A stretch of 63,975 nucleotides of DNA, the filler included, from Octopus bimaculoides (taxonomy: Eukaryota), in assembly GCF_001194135.2 (NCBI RefSeq). It is 4 parts of 4 records of this genome, joined end to end, with 100 filler letters (N's around TTAATTAATTAA, not from the genome) between each part and the next. Parts side by side here need not be neighbours in the genome. Positions count along the whole stretch, not along the records: positions 60,246 to 63,975 come from NW_026405808.1; 3 more parts are not named here. One strand, given 5' to 3'. Numbering within the stretch: position 1 is the stretch's first letter; each line of letters opens with the position of its first letter. Both the position numbers and the translations under genes were made by a program. The notes beneath the pieces were generated by a model that was not told the origin of the DNA, searched no databases, and saw only the letters and a list, made by a program, of their open reading frames with translations. Positions 62,419-63,975 of this stretch are shown here, piece after piece.

Positions 62419-63149
62419 NNNNNNNNNNNNNNNNNNNNNNNNNNNNNNNNNNNNNNNNNNNNNNNNNNNNNNNNNNNNNNNNNNNNNNNNNNNNNNNNNN
62501 NNNNNNNNNNNNNNNNNNNNNNNNNNNNNNNNNNNNNNNNNNNNNNNNNNNNNNNNNNNNNNNNNNNNNNNNNNNNNNNNNNNNNNNNNNNNNNNNNNNN
62601 NNNNNNNNNNNNNNNNNNNNNNNNNNNNNNNNNNNNNNNNNNNNNNNNNNNNNNNNNNNNNNNNNNNNNNNNNNNNNNNNNNNNNNNNNNNNNNNNNNNN
62701 NNNNNNNNNNNNNNNNNNNNNNNNNNNNNNNNNNNNNNNNNNNNNNNNNNNNNNNNNNNNNNNNNNNNNNNNNNNNNNNNNNNNNNNNNNNNNNNNNNNN
62801 NNNNNNNNNNNNNNNNNNNNNNNNNNNNNNNNNNNNNNNNNNNNNNNNNNNNNNNNNNNNNNNNNNNNNNNNNNNNNNNNNNNNNNNNNNNNNNNNNNNN
62901 NNNNNNNNNNNNNNNNNNNNNNNNNNNNNNNNNNNNNNNNNNNNNNNNNNNNNNNNNNNNNNNNNNNNNNNNNNNNNNNATATATATATATTTATGTATG
63001 TATATAGATATACACATATCTTTAGTCTTTTACGGGTTTCAGCCAGGTGCTGAGGCCATGCTCGTGTACAACCTTTACTGATGTGGGTTCATCCGGAATT
63101 GCAGATAAAAAAAAGCTGTGGAGACGTTTTTTTTTTTTGAAGGTTTCCA

Positions 63150-63945
63150 TGTCTACACCTTGCAGATCCCTGATCTTCTGTGGTAAGACATTAAAAAGTT
63201 GTGGTCCCTTGAATCACAAGCTATTTATTACACTATCGGGTTCGTACCCTCGATGAAGAAGATGGGTGCCTTTGGTACAGGCAGTGCCGTCCAGTTCGGG
63301 GATTGTTGTAGATATCAATTCCGAAATTTGGAGTCAGACCCTCCATTATCTTCCTCATGTATACCACTGTATATCTCTCTCGGCTCCTCTCCAGGGAGTA
63401 GAGTCCCAGTTCCCTCAATCTTTCCAAGTCGCCCATGTGTTTTACTGAGTCTATCTTCCTTGTGAAATGGCCTTGGATCGTTTCTAGCTCCGCAATTAGT
63501 TTCACACTCTGTGGGGAACCACAGTTGGGAGCAGTAGTCCGGACGATTGAGGACAAAGGTTCTCTAAAGCAGAATCATTGTGTCTCTGTTCTTGCTCATG
63601 AAGGATCGAAGGATCCAACCTACCACCCGCCTGCATAGTGTTGCCATCTGAGCAACGTGCTCATGGAAAGTTGTGTCGTTGATCACGTGGATCTAACACT
63701 GGGATTACACTGCCTGCTGGTCCCGTGTACTTCAGTTGCAGTTTGTTTGTGGGTGGATAGCGGAGTACTTAAAATTTTGCGCCATTGAACTGCGTATTAT
63801 TTCAATCAGCCCATTTATATATTGCGTTCCGGTCATTCTGCAGTTTTAGGATGTCAGTCGGATCCTTGAACGCTTGCGATACATTTGTATCATCGGCGTA
63901 GCAAGCAAGTGAGTGTGGCTGACTGAGGACATGACCGAGAAGGCA
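63150..63945 (-). mobile_element. CR1-clade LINE 3' fragment (RT C-terminus), decayed
   Basis: YADDTNVSQAFKDPTDILKLQND (from 63900) and LETIQGHFTRKI...ERLRELGLYSLERSRERY, typical of CR1/L2-type RT C-termini. Confidence 0.8.
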
Positions 63946-63975
63946 ACCATATATATATATGTATATATGTGTATA

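Noticed and set aside
53086-63081. Long ORFs of YI/CV/HT repeats and X runs in the ORF track
   Set aside because: Translations of microsatellites and N gaps.

Overview
AT-rich, microsatellite- and transposon-dense animal genomic DNA with many N gaps. The repeat families and composition suggest an octopus genome (inference, not a database result). Three identical 100-bp spacers (44 N + TTAATTAATTAA + 44 N, at 24339, 53042 and 60146) are assembly linkers, so the window is four joined pieces whose adjacency is unproven. Two host genes are recognisable: the last two coding exons of the MYST acetyltransferase KAT8/MOF (- strand, 21185-22334) and three internal exons of the PP2C-family phosphatase PPTC7 (+ strand, 43149-46434). 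Most of the rest is mobile DNA: two Tx1/L1-like LINE families, RTE LINEs and their dispersed 3' ends, a CR1-like LINE, mariner/Tc1 remnants, hAT and TTAA MITEs, tRNA-derived SINEs and a Penelope-like terminal repeat. Main observations: (1) a four-layer nest RTE > mariner > Tx1-like LINE > RTE spanning 8.6-20.3 kb, with two of the three junctions proven by target-site duplications and restored reading frames; (2) a stop-free Tx1-like element at the left edge that the ORF track misses; (3) a minimal hammerhead-like ribozyme in the Penelope-like repeat; (4) several local inverted duplications of flanking DNA (6.3-6.8 kb, 25.8-27.0 kb, 47.5-47.8 kb). I found no convincing new multi-gene biological system.
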